From Macrostomum lignano (taxonomy: Eukaryota): a stretch of DNA of 54,334 bases. Shown here in pieces: positions 28,265-40,586 of this stretch (position 1 is its first letter; each line of letters opens with the position of its first letter). The notes below the pieces were generated by a model, which made no database searches, had not been told where the DNA came from, and saw only the letters and a list, made by a program, of their open reading frames with translations. The translations under genes were made by a program, and so were the position numbers. The DNA lies in contig NIVC01002339.1 of assembly GCA_002269645.1 (NCBI GenBank), forward strand, positions 1-54,334, given 5' to 3'.

Positions 28265-29040
28265 TTATAGCTACAATCCCCTAGATGTTCATTATCTAGA
28301 GTTTCATAGGAATAGAATCTGTTTAGGGCTATGTAAATAAAGCGGGTCCTTATACACAGCATACGTGTAACTCACTGTTCATGCATATAAATTCAAAGAA
28401 GTATGTAAGTTCCAAAAACTTAAGCTGGAATATCCTACAAGGATTATTAAAGGATTAAAGTAAACTTTACTTTAAAAATAGAGGACACAGTATAAATAGC
28501 TACGTTAAACTCCATCGCAGCTAACACACATGTAAAATAATGTAGCACTAATCTAAGAACGATGCCATAGCCAAATTCCGTAGTTTTACTGTGAAACACC
28601 GGAAGTCCAATTGCACCGCTAACCAGATTTTGCTTGCATGCTAGCAACCACAGTAATTAATTTAGCTGAGCAAACACTGTGACAAAAGTTATTCTCCGAG
28701 ATCATGAAGTGCCTGCGAGGGTCAGTTCACGCAAAACCTGCCTCTAATTAATTAATATTTTCCAAACAAAGAGAAGTCTAACTCACTGACTGGAACCAAC
28801 TCGCGATTGAACGAGCACCTGCACAATTAGGTAAACAAACTGACCGTGGATGGAACTGCTACGGCGCAGAGCTCGTTGCTATGGAAACAATGCAAGTATA
28901 TATGCAGCGGAAAAGAACTCCAGTTAAAGTCCAAAGCCCAGTGGGAAGATATAGCTGCAGTTTAAATATAATGCGTTCAAATTGTAACCTATTACAAAAA
29001 CTACAAATACAGTCTGAGCTTTAGGTAAAACTAAAGAATT

Positions 29041-30746
29041 ATGGTTTCAAAACTACAGCCTCTGTACGAGATTGTCCGGGACTCCGTGGCCAACACCACC
29101 GCTCACGCTATCGGCCGAGTGGCTCCTGCGAGTCGACCCGTCGCTCTTCGGGTTTTCTGGCTGCTCACTTTTTTATCCTTTCTTGGCCTGCTACTCAACA
29201 CCTGCATCGTCTACATTGGGAAGCTCAACAGTCCGGGCGTCAAGTCCGAGTTCGAAGCCGAAAAGGTTCCGTTCGAGTTTCCCGACGTGTACTTTTGCAA
29301 CAGTCTGCAAACAGCTGGATCCTTCACGTGTCGCTTGAACAAGTCCGAAGCTGACCAGGTGAAAACTCCATTCTACGCTGCAAATGCCTCATTCCAAGAT
29401 GCGCTCAACTCCCTGAACTCATCGGCCCACATTACCGTCGCACTGGACGAGCTTCGGCCAACAAGCTTGATCCAGTCGCTCCCGTACAAAGTTCTCGCTG
29501 ACATCGTCGGTCAGCGGAAGCTGCAGACTTTCTACATGAACTTCGGCATATTCAGTGCAGGCTCTGAGCCAACACTCGACAAGCCGATTGCGGTCGAGAC
29601 ATTGTACCACCCGAATCACCTGAAGTGCTTTAAGCTGGCCTTGACCGACACTGAGTTGCTCAAAATGCAAAACACAAACAGCAGACTCAAGCTTAATTTA
29701 CACTTGGATCCATACTTTCGCGACTTTGACGAAAAAGGTTTGTTCTCACCACCTGATCAGCGCCTCCCGAACATGACTACAATTGTTTCAGGAAAGTCAG
29801 TAAATGTATATCCGTATGACTGGGACCTGGAGAACCCAATCGGATTCGATAAAGGCAGCGGAATGTACCTCTACCTTACTCCCAGAGGTCAGTATCCTTC
29901 GCGACTCACGTCGACTGTGGTCAGCCTTGGTCCTGGAAGAGCCTATGATATCTCGATCGCGATGCGAGATGTTCTCATGAAGCCGTCGGACTTCCCGGCA
30001 AGTGTGTCTCACAGCACGACGAGCCAGTGTTGTTCCTCAACCCGCGCACCGGTTCTGCCGACGCGTTTAGCTACAGCGAGGCCCACTGCTACTACTCGGA
30101 GATCGCCAGGAGCAGACAGCAGATGTACAACTGCAGTCCTTCACCGGACCCGACACCATGGGAGTTCAGACACTTGGCCTTGTGTCTCAACCTCACTGCA
30201 GCGGCATCGATGGACACCATCCACAGAAATATGAATGCGTTTCTGAGAGCTCGAGAAGACGCTGACAGCGCAAACAGCTCGTGGGACAAAGCGTGCTCAG
30301 AGAAGCGACTGTGCAATCAGCGGCTGTACGATGTGACGTCATCGTACGGATTGTGGCCGAACCAGGGCAGCCTGATTCGCCTAGTGAAAAACCTGTTAGG
30401 ATCTCTGCTAGCGTCTGTGGATCCAACGGATTATAGGTCTTTGGAAACTGGTGTCAAGATTATGAAATTTATGGATGCTTCTGACAGGCTTGGTTTCGAG
30501 GAGGGAGTGTCGCGTTATTTTTCGCGAGCCGCAGTGAGCGTCACGCTTCGAGCGGATGCAACAATGAGCTCTCTGACAACATTCAGTCTTGACTACAATC
30601 TGTCCCAGTTTATCGCTGACATCGGCAGCGCTCTCGGATTGTATCTGGGCTGCTCTCTGCTGACTGTGCTGGAGCTGTTTGAGCTGCTGCACGACGTGAT
30701 TCTGCGTGCGAGTTGCTTGAGGCGCGCGGACAATACGCTCGAATGA
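29041..30746 (+). CDS. DEG/ENaC (degenerin/ASIC family) channel subunit, copy 1; one 1-nt deletion at 29996/29997 relative to copy 2
   Basis: NTTAHAIGRV, TM1 VFWLLTFLSFLGLLL, FPDVYFCN, Cys-rich region, TM2 FIADIGSALGLYLGCSLLTVLE. CCCGGC here versus CCCTGGC in copy 2 splits the ORF. Confidence 0.85.
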
Positions 30747-31039
30747 TTGCCATATTCTTTTTTGTGTTTATTTCTTGCCTTAATTTCTGAACTGATTTTC
30801 TTCTTGTGTTATGAAATCTCTCTTTTTATAATTTAAACCTCTTTAAACTCGTTCTAGCTTTGAAATGCAAACTCCAGTTAAAGGTTTTAAATGCTTTGTC
30901 AGAACACGACGTCAAGCATCATACCTATACATGCTGTGAGCTTGTATTTCAGTTGGGCGTATTTTATGAGCCCATGTCGCGCAGGAACGAAGCAATATGG
31001 CTCCCTTTAAGACGATATTTTCACGATGTATTTTATTTA

Positions 31040-31317
31040 TACTTAGCAACATTGAAAAGTCGCCACTCTATGCGCAAGTGAGCAGTTTCTCTTGGACCAT
31101 TCTAAAATAAAAGATGCGAGAAAACTCATCAGGGTAGCTTTAATCCGTCCAACCCTCGCACACAGCTCCCCCACTTCATTCCTCAACTCAAGTCTTTCGC
31201 GTGGCGTATGGCTAAGTTGCGTCACTCGCAAGATCGAGAGACTTTACCTGCACTCTCAAAAGTGGCGACCGCAGACGAAATCTTAACGTGATGGCGACTT
31301 TTCAAAGTTGCTGAGTA
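31040..31317. mobile_element. Tc1/mariner-type MITE
   Basis: TIRs TACTTAGCAACATTGAAAAGTCGCCA / TGGCGACTTTTCAAAGTTGCTGAGTA flanked by TA (31038-39, 31318-19). Confidence 0.8.
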
Positions 31318-31974
31318 TATTTCTGACACGATACAAGAAAATATTTTAAGCAACTGCATACGACACACTGCAATTACATGTTAAAGTTTCCACGCTGAAA
31401 CCAGTTCATGAGGACTGAGAACTGAGAGTTGCAGCTTCGATGCAATTCTATCCATAAGTCTCCCGCTCTCTCCTCTCCAGTCTGCAAACAGCTACCTACT
31501 GCCATTTAAGCAGATGGCAGTAGGTAGACGCGCGAACGAATTGCCCATTTTTTTTCCAGCCGAGGCTTGCCAAGTACATGTTTTTTCTTGCAGCAGTACA
31601 TTTAGCCACGCGGCAGATTTTGTCTGAATTGCCCTCCAATGGTTAGAAAGTCTTAATAAAAGGTATTAACCCCATCAAACGTTTTGATAGTAACTGCATA
31701 TCAAATTAATATTTTTCTTGTAGGTATTCAGTTCAATATACATGCAGTGAGCTACTAATTCAAGCATATGCCGTCTCACTTTGTCTCCGAAATCTCTTAA
31801 ATAAATAAGACCTACGCGGTACTATAGCATTGGGAGGGGGGAAATGCAGACAGAATCTAAAATACGCCGCTGGGAAAAACATTTTCGGGCAAGCCTCGGT
31901 GGGAGAAAACTCGGCGAACAAATCGCTCGCGGGCAATTTGCACTGCGGGCAAATCTCGGCGGGAAATCACCAGG

Positions 31975-32487
31975 TACCTGAAGAGCGGTGCCTATTCTGT
32001 CGCTCAGGCACTAAAAAACACTGAGCACTTTATCTGCCACTGCGCGGTCTTCACCAGGGCCAGGCTCACTCTGCTCGAGTCAAATCTGGTTCTCCCCGTC
32101 GCCCGTTACCTCCGGGACACGAGACGAGCTGATTTCTTCCCCACTGCCGGTGAAGACCACGCTAAAGGCGAGACCGACGGGTTCCCCTGAGCGACATCAC
32201 TTCGACGGAAATCATTGGTCGCCAGGAGCTAGCAGAATGGGCGATCTTCTCCGCCTCCTCGCTGCACCCGCGGACGATGCTCACTGCAGCTAAGTCAAGT
32301 AAGTCAAGCCCTGCCCTGTACTGTCTAGACCTGTGACTACAGTTGTACAGTTGGACATTGTTGGACAGACTGGCAGGTCTCTCGCGACGCGCTCTCTCTG
32401 ACGCTCAAGTAATTCCAAGTCAGTCATGCTAGCGGGTTATCGTACGCCCCTCGGCTGGGAAGGCCTATATTTGTTTGTTTATTTATT
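31975..32487 (+). mobile_element. 3' fragment of a non-LTR retrotransposon
   Basis: ERCLFCRSG...TEHFICHC zinc-knuckle-like motif (as at the 3' end of the 2930-4941 LINE), a stop, a UTR-like stretch and a TTTG/TTTA tail. Confidence 0.5.
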
Positions 32488-33425
32488 GCCATGTTTATCG
32501 TCAAACTGTAGTGAGTTCATTCCTTTCTCAAGCTATTAACTCATTCAAATACAAATTACCATTAAATTGTTAGGAAAACAAGCCCTAACTAAACAGAAAA
32601 ACTAAACCATGCTAAGAGAATCTATTGCTGTGGGGTATATAGCATTGTTATTGTGGGTTATCGCTGTTATTGGGAAATATTTTATTGTTTTGGGGTAGCA
32701 ATAATGCTAGGGTGCATGTAGCATTGCTGTTGTTTGTAGGGCGCCATCTGTTGTTGGGGAGGTTGTTGTTTGAGAGTAACGATGTTGTTGGTGTAGCAGT
32801 TGGGGGGGGGGCTGCATTTTTTGGAGTATTGTTGTGATAAGCCGGATTGTAGCTGCGAGCTAGACCTGAAAATAAGCAAGTGACGCGACTCACTCTTTGA
32901 CTCGACACAGCAGTGACAGTGGCGGCGGCAGGAGTGGGCTTTCTGCAATTCTGGCAACGAATGCCTTCAAGTATAGACTGATTTTTAGCTCGGTTATTTT
33001 TGTGATTGTCTGCTGAGCCTAGATCGGTGCGGAGGGTGGCCTCCCATACCGCCGCACACGCCAACATATATTAGCACTAGCTGATTAAGCCCCGGGGTAT
33101 TATTGCTAACTCAGGCGCAGCTAGCCAAACCTACAAAACTCACAGCTTACAGAACGCGACGGGGTCGTGATAGGTCGATAGGAGAAAAGGCCGCCAGCCA
33201 ATCGCGGGGCAAGCTAGAGGGGGCGCGCTGGGGGGGGGGCGCAGCCAGCCAAAGCCGACTGGCCCAGACAGGCAGTGGGGTTGGTGGCGCGTACACAACT
33301 GCGTAAACAACTGAAGGGGGAAAAGTGCTGTGGCGGGTGCACTGACTGCAAGCCTGATAGGGCTATTGGCTAAAAAGGGCAGATGCACCCCGACACAACA
33401 CTACCAGCCTTAAACGTAAAGTCTA

Positions 33426-34086
33426 TACTCAGCAACAGCTAAACCCCCCCCCCCAACTCACGCTGTCACACGGCCCAAAAGTTTTGTGTGCCATCGGTGA
33501 CTCAGAAATGTGTGAAGGCTGCCGTCGCCAGACGCGAGCGCAAAGTGCGGCATGGGGGATTTGGGGAGGGGATGGCGCAACTCAACCCACTGGTGGCTGC
33601 ATTGCGCAATGGTAAACCATCAAAGCTACAGCTACAGCAGCAGTTTCTGCCATTTGCTACGACAACCTTTGGCGGCCCGCAGAACTGCATTCTTCAAGAC
33701 GACAACGCTGCGCCACATCGAGCAGCACACGTGCAGCTGCTGAAGGAGCAGCTCGGCATTCGCACATTGAACTGGCCGTCAAAGTCTCCAGACATGAACC
33801 CCATCGAGCATGTCTGGGACTTTGTAAAGCGAAGAGTTCAGCAGGATGCCCCACAGAATGCTGAACAGTTGCGACTGGCGGTGCTGAATGCCTGGCAGCA
33901 GCTGCCCCAAGAGTTCATCAACCGGCTGGTGATCAGGATGCCACGACGAGTCACGGCACTTTTGCATGCTCGTGGTTCCTACACACGATACTGAGACTAG
34001 AATTAAAGACATTGCTTAACTTTTGTGCCCGTGTGACAGCGTGAGTTGGGACCTAAACCCTATCAGGTTTTAGCTGTTGCTGAGTA
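33426..34086 (+). mobile_element. Internally deleted Tc1-family DNA transposon
   Basis: TIR TACTCAGCAACAGCTAAA at both ends with TA flanks, plus inner IR CCCAACTCACGCTGTCACACGG. ORF 33488-33994 encodes LQDDNAAPH...WPSKSPDMNPIEHVW (C-terminal DDE half); the DNA-binding region is absent. Confidence 0.9.
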
Positions 34087-35198
34087 TATTTTCTTGCACC
34101 ACAAAACGCCACAAATTCCTTGATGTAAGTGCCAGATCTGTGCGATTTCACGCGAACACTTAATCAACCAAGGACTAAAAACAGTGAAGCATATGTCCGC
34201 GTACTGGTAACTCAGACCCATTGTCACCAATTGCCAATCCAGTCACCTTTTCCGGCTACTACATTCTGACATCAGTAGAGAAATGTGAGCAGCCCAAGTC
34301 ACAGTTCGCGCAGACAAACTCGGGAGCGAACCTGAGCACAATTGGTCGTATTGGTCGGAGTTGGAAGCTATATATTTAGTTCATTCAAAAATTTTTATTC
34401 CATATTTTGTTGCCACCCCCCCCCCAACGGGGGGCGCTGCTCGCTAGTCGCTAGGCTGAAGATCCAGACGCCATGTGTGGCGCAGTGACTGGAGGCAAGC
34501 TGAACATCTGCATGCTTGCCTAAAGTTTTGCTTCTTCAAGTAGCCTCAGGTGCTGCAGTAATGCTAACGCGCACCATTTGAGTTGCTTTGCATCCCTGTT
34601 GAAAAAATGCTACTCTATTGCACCAAGAACTACTAGACTAGAACATTCCAGTGGTCCTTGTATTGCACACAATACACCTGTGCTTTGCTCCAATGAGATT
34701 TCATTATTTACGCTTACAAATTACATCCCCATAAGGCAGGCAATTATGACTGAGGAAGCGACAAGTTGCAGTTTCATACTTTCAGAGGATACAACGTAGA
34801 GGGGGATATAGTGTAACTGTATAGATTAAAAATAGTTTCTAATAGCTAACACACATTGAGCTGCAGTTTGCTACAATCAAGCAAACTAGTCATTAAACTG
34901 GCAGCACTCAGATACGCAAATAACTGTATGCAAATAACGACCACTATGGGATGCAAACACACGGGAACACATTAAAACAAGATTCTTTGTCAAAAAAGTT
35001 TCTCTCAGAAAGCATTCAACCGGGAATCGCTAGCTAATTGCATCGAGAGCAACATGACGCTGGTAGTTTATTGATCCACAAAAATTCTGTCATTTGTCGA
35101 CTTGGATTATAATCTGTTCTATGTCCAAATACAGAGACATTGCACGCGGTTAGTTACAAAGCTTTCTTTTAAAGTTACATTCTTACTGTAGAGTCCTC

Positions 35199-36905
35199 AT
35201 GGTTTCACAGCGCCTGCCTCTGTCAGAGATTGTCCGGGACTCCGTGGCCAACACCACCGCTCACGCTATCGGCCGAGTGGCTCCTGCGAGTCGACACGTC
35301 GCTCTTCGGGTTTTCTGGCTGCTCACTTTTTTATCCTTTCTTGGCCTGCTACTCAACACCTGCATCGTCTACATTGGGAAGCTCAACAGTCCGGGCGTCA
35401 AGTCTGAGTTCGAAGCCGAAAAGGTTCCGTTCGAGTTTCCCGACGTGTACTTTTGCAACAGTCTGCAAACAGCTGGATCCTTCACGTGTCGCTTGAACAA
35501 TTCCGAAGCTGACCAGGTGAAAACTCCATTCTACGCTGCAAATGCCTCATTCCAAGATGCGTTCAACTCCCTGAACTCATCGGCCAACATTACCGTCGCA
35601 CTGGACGAGCTTCGGCCAACAAGCTTGATCCAGTCGCTCCCGTACAAAGTTCTCGCTGACATCGTCGGTCAGCGGAAGCTGCAGACTTTCTACATGAACT
35701 TCGGCATATTCAGTGCAGGCTCTGAGCCAACACTCGACAAGCCGATTGCGGTCGAGACCTTGTACCACCCGAATCACCTGAAGTGCTTTAAGCTGGCCTT
35801 GACCGACGCTGAGTTGCTCAAAATGCAAAACACAAACAGCAGACTCAAGCTTAATTTACACTTGGATCCATACTTTCGCGACTTTGACGAAAAAAGTTTG
35901 TTCTCACCACCTGATCAGCGCCTCCCGAACATGACTATAATTGTTTCAGGAAAGTCAGTAAATGTATATCCGTATGACTGGGACCTGGAGAACCCAATCG
36001 GATTCGATAAAGGCAGCGGAATGTACCTCTACCTTACTCCCAGAGGTCAGTATCCTTCGCGACTCACGTCGACTGTGGTCAGCCTTGGTCCTGGAAGAGC
36101 CTATGATATCTCGATCGCGATGCGAGATGTTCTCATGAAGCCGTCGGACTTCCCTGGCAAGTGTGTCTCACAGCACGACGAGCCAGTGTTGTTCCTCAAC
36201 CCGCGCACCGGTTCTGCCGACGCGTTTAGCTACAGCGAGGCCCACTGCTACTACTCGGAGATCGCCAGGAGCAGACAGCAGATGTACAACTGCAGTCCTT
36301 CACCGGACCCGACACCATGGGAGTTCAGACACTTGGCCTTGTGTCTCAACCTCACTGCAGCGGCATCGATGGACACCATCCACAGAAATATGAATGCGTT
36401 TCTGAGAGCTCGAGAAGACGCTGACAGCGCAAACAGCTCGTGGGACAAAGCGTGCTCAGAGAAGCGACTGTGCAATCAGCGGCTGTACGATGTGACGTCA
36501 TCGTACGGATTGTGGCCGAACCAGGGCAGCCTGATTCGCCTAGTGGAAAACCTGTTAGGATCTCTGATAGCGACTGTGGATCCAACGGATTATAGGTCTT
36601 TGGAAACTGGTGTCAAGATTATGAAATTTATGGATGCTTCTGACAGGCTTGGTTTCGAGGAGGGAGTGTCGCGTTATTTTTCGCGAGCCGCAGTGAGCGT
36701 CACGCTTCGAGCGGATGCAACAATGAGCTCTCTGACAACATTCAGTCTTGACTACAATCTGTCCCAGTTTATCGCTGACATCGGCAGCGCTCTTGGATTG
36801 TATCTGGGCTGCTCTCTGCTGACTGTGCTGGAGCTGTTTGAGCTGCTGCATGACGTAATGCTGGGTGCGAGTTGCTGGAAGCGCGCGGAAGAACAACTAA
36901 ACTGA
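35199..36905 (+). CDS. DEG/ENaC channel subunit, copy 2 (intact, intronless, 568 aa)
   Basis: Two TM segments, FPDVYFCN (FPAVTICN-like), Cys-rich ectodomain, TM2 with GCS filter (G-x-S). Confidence 0.92.
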   Translation: MVSQRLPLSEIVRDSVANTTAHAIGRVAPASRHVALRVFWLLTFLSFLGLLLNTCIVYIGKLNSPGVKSEFEAEKVPFEFPDVYFCNSLQTAGSFTCRLNNSEADQVKTPFYAANASFQDAFNSLNSSANITVALDELRPTSLIQSLPYKVLADIVGQRKLQTFYMNFGIFSAGSEPTLDKPIAVETLYHPNHLKCFKLALTDAELLKMQNTNSRLKLNLHLDPYFRDFDEKSLFSPPDQRLPNMTIIVSGKSVNVYPYDWDLENPIGFDKGSGMYLYLTPRGQYPSRLTSTVVSLGPGRAYDISIAMRDVLMKPSDFPGKCVSQHDEPVLFLNPRTGSADAFSYSEAHCYYSEIARSRQQMYNCSPSPDPTPWEFRHLALCLNLTAAASMDTIHRNMNAFLRAREDADSANSSWDKACSEKRLCNQRLYDVTSSYGLWPNQGSLIRLVENLLGSLIATVDPTDYRSLETGVKIMKFMDASDRLGFEEGVSRYFSRAAVSVTLRADATMSSLTTFSLDYNLSQFIADIGSALGLYLGCSLLTVLELFELLHDVMLGASCWKRAEEQLN

Positions 36906-37829
36906 TGTGCTGATGGATATTACTAGATGAGCAATAATTTATAAAGACATGTAACCCGCTTTTGTCGTACCGCATTTTTTTGAAGCACACGCCACACTTA
37001 GAAATGTTTTATTAGAAACTGCAAAGTGGCCGAATCCGTCCTAAGTACTTCTGTCCAAGAGTTTGTTTTCTGTGTTGCAGAGAGAAGTCCTAGGCAATTG
37101 TCTGCACACACTTACGAGTACGTGGCGTAACCTTTTGCGACAGATACACGTTTTACTACATGTAGTTTTTTACACATTTTGTGGGTCGTACTAGAGTACT
37201 TCAAGCAGACTGTATGTATACAGTGTAAAACAAACATGGACGATTATATACTCGGTGCAAATGTTGCCACGCAATCCGACCGCTCATTCTACGAGCTATT
37301 AAATCCCACGTTTCACAGGCGCCCTTTCTCTACTGTCATCAGTCATCAGTTTCTCTAATGTCATTTTTATACTTTCCTATCCGAACCCTGGCCCTGTGAC
37401 TTTCTTCCGTCTTGTTATTTTTCATGGTCATCGTGAGCAATATTGAGCAGGAGAATTGTGTCTGCCTATTTTTTTAGTAGAACCAGGGACATGTGGGATT
37501 TACTTGTATTATCATAGGAACGCTCGCAAAGAGAACAAAAAACTCGCGGCTTTAGTAATTAAACTAGCAATTAAGACCCTTCTAATTTGGGAATAATATG
37601 TGTATACCAAAAGAACATAAAACACTACACCCTTAAGCATTGACAACTCCTATTTAACATACGATTCCCAATATCAGAAGACAGAAAAAATAGTAGGCAT
37701 ATTCAGAAAGACATATTTTACAAACGCATATTTACCCATTAGACGTGCAGGTTTACGCATTAAACTATGCAGTCTCTACAGGTCTTCTCAGAGCACTTTA
37801 TACATTGGCAGCAGCTGCAGAACACGTTA

Positions 37830-38610
37830 CAAGTGACTGTGAGACAAATGCACTTTTGAGATAAAAAGGTCGCAAGTGGCAACAGCCTGGGCAGCGCTGG
37901 ACGAACTGGGTTACATCCTGCTGCATGCCAGGCCACCAGCAGGACGCTGAGAGCAGGTTGTACGAAGCTTGTGCACCTGAATGAGTGTCATGAATGGCCT
38001 CAAACGCTGCCTTGCGCAGCCGCGGTGGTATAAACACCCGTCTCTGCAAATAGAGAAGTCCGTTCTCCAGCGTTAGTGTCTCTGCAACCTTCTTGAAGGG
38101 TGCCTCTGCCTGACTGCAACTCTTCCAATGGCCGGAGCGTACACGCTCCAAGATGCGTTGAACGAACGCGTCAGTACTTACACAGCCTAGAAATTGCGTC
38201 AGCGTGAGGAAAGCTGCTCCCTCGCGCGTACCGGATTTCGAAGTCGAACTGCATTAAGTACATGGCCCAGCGGCCAATCCTCGCTGACGTATTAAGCGGA
38301 ATCCCGCTTCCATAGAGGCGCAGTAGCGGCTGATGATCTGTCTGAATGCTTGAGTTGGGAGACGGCCCAGAAGATTGCAAGTGCTTCGCGTTCGATGTTT
38401 GAATAGTTGCTTTCAGCGGCCGAAAGGGTACGGGAGACGTATATTACCGGGTGACCCTCCTGCGCTGCCACGGCGGCGAGTGCACCTTTGGACGCATCTG
38501 TCGTCAGAATCACCTCTTTAGTCAGACTATATGGCTGTAATGGATGCAATCTCTGCTTTCAGATTATTGAACGCTCGAGAACACTCGTCTGACCAGGTGA
38601 ACGGAATGCC
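37830..38610 (-). mobile_element. Ty3/Gypsy pol fragment (RNase H and integrase N-terminus)
   Basis: LTTDASKGALAAV, YVSRTL..AESNYSNIEREALAI, TDHQPL, IGRWAMYLMQFDFEIRY, HADAISRL, HDTHSG...WWPGM...CPGC. Confidence 0.85.
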
Positions 38611-39049
38611 AGACACCCAATACCTCCTATAGAAATCCAATACCTCCCCTAGACATCCACGTCCCTTAGACACACGAAGACCTATCAAAAAATCTAAAAC
38701 TTAACTTTCAAGATTGATATATAATCGTAAATCAATGAATCAAAGTGCATATTGATATATTTATTTACTGTATAAACCAATGCTTTCATGTATTTCTACA
38801 ACTTTCGCAATCACTACTAATATTAGCATGCATGTACAATATTGGCAAATTGTTCTTAGTATCTGTCTGTCTGTCTGTCTGTGTGTCTGTCTGTCTGTAT
38901 AATTTAAAAAATAGCGCCTAAAAGGTACACTATAATCGCTCATTAACTGTTTAAGTGTAACATATCAAAATTAGCTATTGGATTAATTACATTTTATATA
39001 ATTATTAAAATTGAGCCAAAGGATTGAGCGATTGAGCGATTAAAAATTG

Positions 39050-39545
39050 AGCGACCCAGGGTCCATAGGCAGTGGCCCAGCAGCATCTGGCGGCGCCGGC
39101 GCAGGGTAGCGCTCAGGGGCGGAGTTCCAGCGCGGGCCATCAGAGCGTTGGTCGGCCGGCGCTTCGGGTAGTGCACACCCAGCTCGTAGCGCAGCAGCGA
39201 TCGGTAAAGCGCGTCCAAGGCTCGCTCTCGTGTCTCGGTCAGCGGCACAGCCTCCATACCGTACAGCAGGATCGGCTCGACGGCCGCGTGGAACAGGTGC
39301 ACCTTCAGGTCGTCTCTGGCAGCTGAATTGAAAACGTTCCTGAGGAGGTGCGCGGCGCGCCAGGCCTGGTTCCTCCTGCCAGGGACAATCGCATCGGGGT
39401 TCATCACCAGAACGCTGAGGTACCGGAAGTCCCTGCACACCGCGATGCGGTCTCCATTGGGCAGCGTGAGACTTCAGGTGGTATTCGTGCCCACGTGCAG
39501 CACCTCCGCCTTGCGAGCGTTCACCAGCTCGCAGAAGCTTTTACT
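39050..39545 (-). mobile_element. Non-LTR retrotransposon RT C-terminal fragment (RTE-like)
   Basis: VNARKAEV, DFRYL, KVHLFHAAVEPILLYGME, LDALYRSLLR, RRRQMLLGH. Confidence 0.8.
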
Positions 39546-39575
39546 GACTCACAGAAGCTTGCAATGCGTCACAAA

Positions 39576-40586
39576 ATGTCCAGCCTCCTACATCTCGCTG
39601 TTCTGTGCGCCTTGCTCTCGGTCTCTGACTGTGTGAACGGAGACAGAACTGCACAGCACAGAGTAGTCAACAATGACTGCCTGAACTTGTCGCTGTCGGT
39701 GTGGCAGATGCCGCGACCCTCCGCCTCCCTACTCGACTGCTTCATGTCGAGTCGGTCGTTCCGTCTCGGCAGCGTCGGCGTGGTGCAGCGGAACAAGCGA
39801 GACGCCTCGTGCGCGCTGTTCCGCTTCGGTGAGGTGTGCCGCCTGCTTAACATGAGCTCGATCAACTCGTCTACACCGACTGCGGTAGTGGCCGCTGAGA
39901 GCATCTGCGAGACCGTGGTGGACTCGGAGTACGACGCGATCGCTGCGAACGAGCACTTCAGCGCTGTGTGGGTCGGAGACAGGGGACCGGCGCTGGAGAA
40001 TCTGGTGTGCGGCTCCGAGGGACAGAGGAACCCCGTGAAGTCGCTCAATGTGACCTGGACGAGTGAGGGCGCTCGCATGGACGGAGTCTCGTCTCGGCTG
40101 TGGGTGGACGACCCCACAGGTCTGGACTTCACGGCGTCCTACACCTGGGTGCTGCACCTGAAGAGAACTCCAGGTAGAGCCGTCTTTCTGGAGCTGAGCA
40201 GCTGCATCGGATCCGGCAACATGCTCGACCACCTGCAAGAGTACTCAGTGATGACCGGAGTGAGTCGCGCCCTCTTCCTGAACCCGGGTTACTTCGCCAG
40301 ATTCCAGACCGGCTCGGTGCTACCTGCGGACCCGAACGAGTTCTTCATCGCTGGCGTCTCATTCAGGAGGCAGCGGAACCTGACTCGCTTCTTCTATGGA
40401 TCAACGTTTCTACCGACTGCCGGAGTCTTCGCTCAGACGAACAGCTTCAACGAGACAGGAGCCTGCATCCACCTGGGATTTCGGTTCGAAGGCAAAAACG
40501 TGCTTCAAGGTGTGGTCAGAGCCGTGGCGGTTTCTAAAACGAATCTGCCAGAGGAAGCCATTAATAAAATTTTCTTCGGTGTTTGA
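39576..40586 (+). CDS. Secreted protein (336 aa): signal peptide, Cys-containing N-terminal domain, probable ConA-like/LamG C-terminal domain
   Basis: MSSLLHLAVLCALLSVSDC signal-like start; ARMDGVSSRLWV...DFTASYTWVL resembles LamG-like jelly-roll starts. The 39348 start in the ORF track runs through the LINE fragment. Confidence 0.65.
   Translation: MSSLLHLAVLCALLSVSDCVNGDRTAQHRVVNNDCLNLSLSVWQMPRPSASLLDCFMSSRSFRLGSVGVVQRNKRDASCALFRFGEVCRLLNMSSINSSTPTAVVAAESICETVVDSEYDAIAANEHFSAVWVGDRGPALENLVCGSEGQRNPVKSLNVTWTSEGARMDGVSSRLWVDDPTGLDFTASYTWVLHLKRTPGRAVFLELSSCIGSGNMLDHLQEYSVMTGVSRALFLNPGYFARFQTGSVLPADPNEFFIAGVSFRRQRNLTRFFYGSTFLPTAGVFAQTNSFNETGACIHLGFRFEGKNVLQGVVRAVAVSKTNLPEEAINKIFFGV

Noticed and set aside
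32648-33067. Minus-strand N/T-rich ORFs
   Set aside because: Low-complexity TTG/GTT-rich DNA; no domain or splice support.
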